This document shows, piece after piece, positions 36,942 to 38,540 of a DNA stretch of 38,540 bases (position 1 is the stretch's first letter; each line of letters starts with the position of its first letter). Location: contig JAUCBJ010000782.1 of the NCBI GenBank assembly GCA_032718475.1, forward strand, positions 1 to 38,540, written 5' to 3'. This DNA comes from Nemertoderma westbladi. Its lineage: Eukaryota; Animalia; Xenacoelomorpha. The notes below the pieces were generated by a model. That model saw nothing but the letters and a program-made list of their open reading frames with translations. It was not told where the DNA came from and made no database searches. Made by a program: the position numbers and the translations under genes.

Positions 36942-37592
36942 CTTGAAATATTTAAAATATATATATATTAATAACCAACTCTGGTGGCGAAAATTGGTTT
37001 TTCCGAGATGAAAATAATTAATAACAGCGGGACCATAAATTTTTCCAAGGTACAAAAATAAATATAATAGACAAACGGAAAAATGTTTGAAATTTTATAA
37101 AAATTTCTTAGAACATGTCCTCTTGACAGTGTTAAGTTTTATGATAGTTTTAATTAGGGTTTATGTTTGTAAATTTAACCCAAAATGGTTTCTGAATGAG
37201 TATTTATTCTAACGGGATGCTGCACTGCAGGCTGAACACGGTATATTTCTCTGCAGTCTATGACAGGCTGGATCCAATGGTAATAAAACTCTGTAAACTT
37301 GGACGCCCTTCAGCTGGTCATGGTCACCCAGTACTGTGTACCTGTACAGTCGTTGGATGGCCTGGCTGGTCATTATAAAACTTTTGCTAACTATAGGATC
37401 TTGGGTGCGGAGATAAAAAGGCCAAGGCATGGTCTTGTTAAGAATTATTAACATTTAAACGACAAAGTATTCCAGGCAGCATAAATAGCCTTTAATTGTT
37501 TTGGTTACCCCAACTGCGTTCTTACGTATGAATTACCGGTAATCTGTTTATTGGCAAACAATTAAGTATTTATTTAAAATTATTTTACTTAC

Positions 37593-37647
37593 CGGTATAA
37601 ATAACCAACAATAAAGTAGAACAGATAAATGTAGTCAAAATATTCAT
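37593..37647 (-). CDS. Exon 1 of the orphan secreted precursor (signal peptide MNILTTFICSTLLLVIYT)
   Basis: ATG at 37647, 18 mostly hydrophobic codons, then one G and a perfect donor GTAAGT at 37592-37587. The phase-1 junction matches the acceptor at 36942 (G+AT = Asp). Confidence 0.72.
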
Positions 37648-38084
37648 ATCCAAATATTTATGTTTACTACTGTAATAGCTGTAAGCGGATGCAGGTATTT
37701 ATTAACAGTGAATTAAATATTGTTACAAAATAACAGTAATAAAAAATAAGCTAAATGCTATGTATGCCACTCATAGTTTTAAAATTAATGTCAACAAAAT
37801 TCAACTTATGTAATCCACCCTCCCTCCTCCAATCCAATAACACTAATGTTTTCGGCATTAACTCTCTCAACAGTTTTAAGTACCGGTAGTTAGTTCCGAT
37901 CTATTGATGTATTTGGTATATTCTCGTATCGGAAACAAGTTCACGAAATGTAGAACATATACGACAGGCGGAATAGGGAGTTAATGGTGCAAATTGACGG
38001 CAACACAAATCGTTTGTTTAGTGGGTTGAAAAGTTAATTTAATTTAATTTAAAACATTGAGGGAAATTATCAGGTTACAGTGTC

Positions 38085-38245
38085 AGTGTGGGGTGAGCCA
38101 CAGAGTGTGCGAAGCCATAGCATATGGGTACCATTAACGAGTTGTCTGTTGTCGTCGTCGTAAATTTATGATTGCTAATAACTCGGTGAGCACCGAAGTA
38201 TTAAACCAAACTTGGTACGTTGTGCATTTAGACTTAGTTAGATGT
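38085..38245 (+). mobile_element. Possible Helentron-associated (HINE/DINE-1-like) fragment
   Basis: A short (GTC)n microsatellite followed by ATAACTC and ACCAAACTTGGT, an arrangement I recall from such elements. Ends are undefined. Confidence 0.3.
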
Positions 38246-38540
38246 ACGTAGCTGAGTGAGATTTATCTGTGTTACAGTACTGAACAATTTCTCCTATAAG
38301 GACAATCTCAGAACAGTTGCACATCCGGCACATACATCCCTGCCCTTTCGAAGCTATCGGAACCCCATAATGCTGTATTACACAGCGACCAGGTATGTCA
38401 TCACAAATCAACACTGAACTCGGTTTCTCTTTACAAACACTACTCCATACAGTCTATAATTGAGTTATCTACTATGCTCTCAGCTCATGGTATGCATCCA
38501 TGAACATCTGTTGTGGTCGGAGCTGCAGGTAAGCAACAGG

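Noticed and set aside
36591-37011. Alternative 74-aa (-) and 114-aa (+) ORFs over the peptide exon
   Set aside because: They have no matching splice or signal-peptide support. The Cys-rich frame fits both exon boundaries.
37196-37454. ORFs within the peptide gene intron as an extra exon
   Set aside because: I found no convincing splice pair or motif, and exons 1 and 2 already join in frame.

Overview
AT-rich eukaryotic (animal, probably invertebrate) genomic DNA. Bases 1-14094 are a homogeneous 34-bp hairpin-forming satellite of about 414 units with higher-order duplications. Next is a two-coding-exon Pellino gene (FHA + RING-like E3 ligase, minus strand, about 450 aa). Its 4.7-kb intron and upstream region are packed with nested non-autonomous DNA transposons and LINE fragments. 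A 1.9-kb long-TIR element at 23132-25053 carries captured cargo: the end of a putative CRE-like retrotransposon ORF fused to an alpha-tubulin C-terminus. A decayed, 3'-truncated BEL/Pao LTR retrotransposon occupies about 26.5-33.0 kb. It is followed by an orphan coiled-coil ORF and a Kolobok-like element containing an RTE fragment. At 36622-37647 (minus strand) is a spliced two-exon gene, only partly shown in the ORF track, encoding a 124-aa precursor with a signal peptide, a furin-type KRSRR site and a six-cysteine C-terminal peptide I cannot assign to a family. All family assignments come from motif recognition by eye; no database searches were run.
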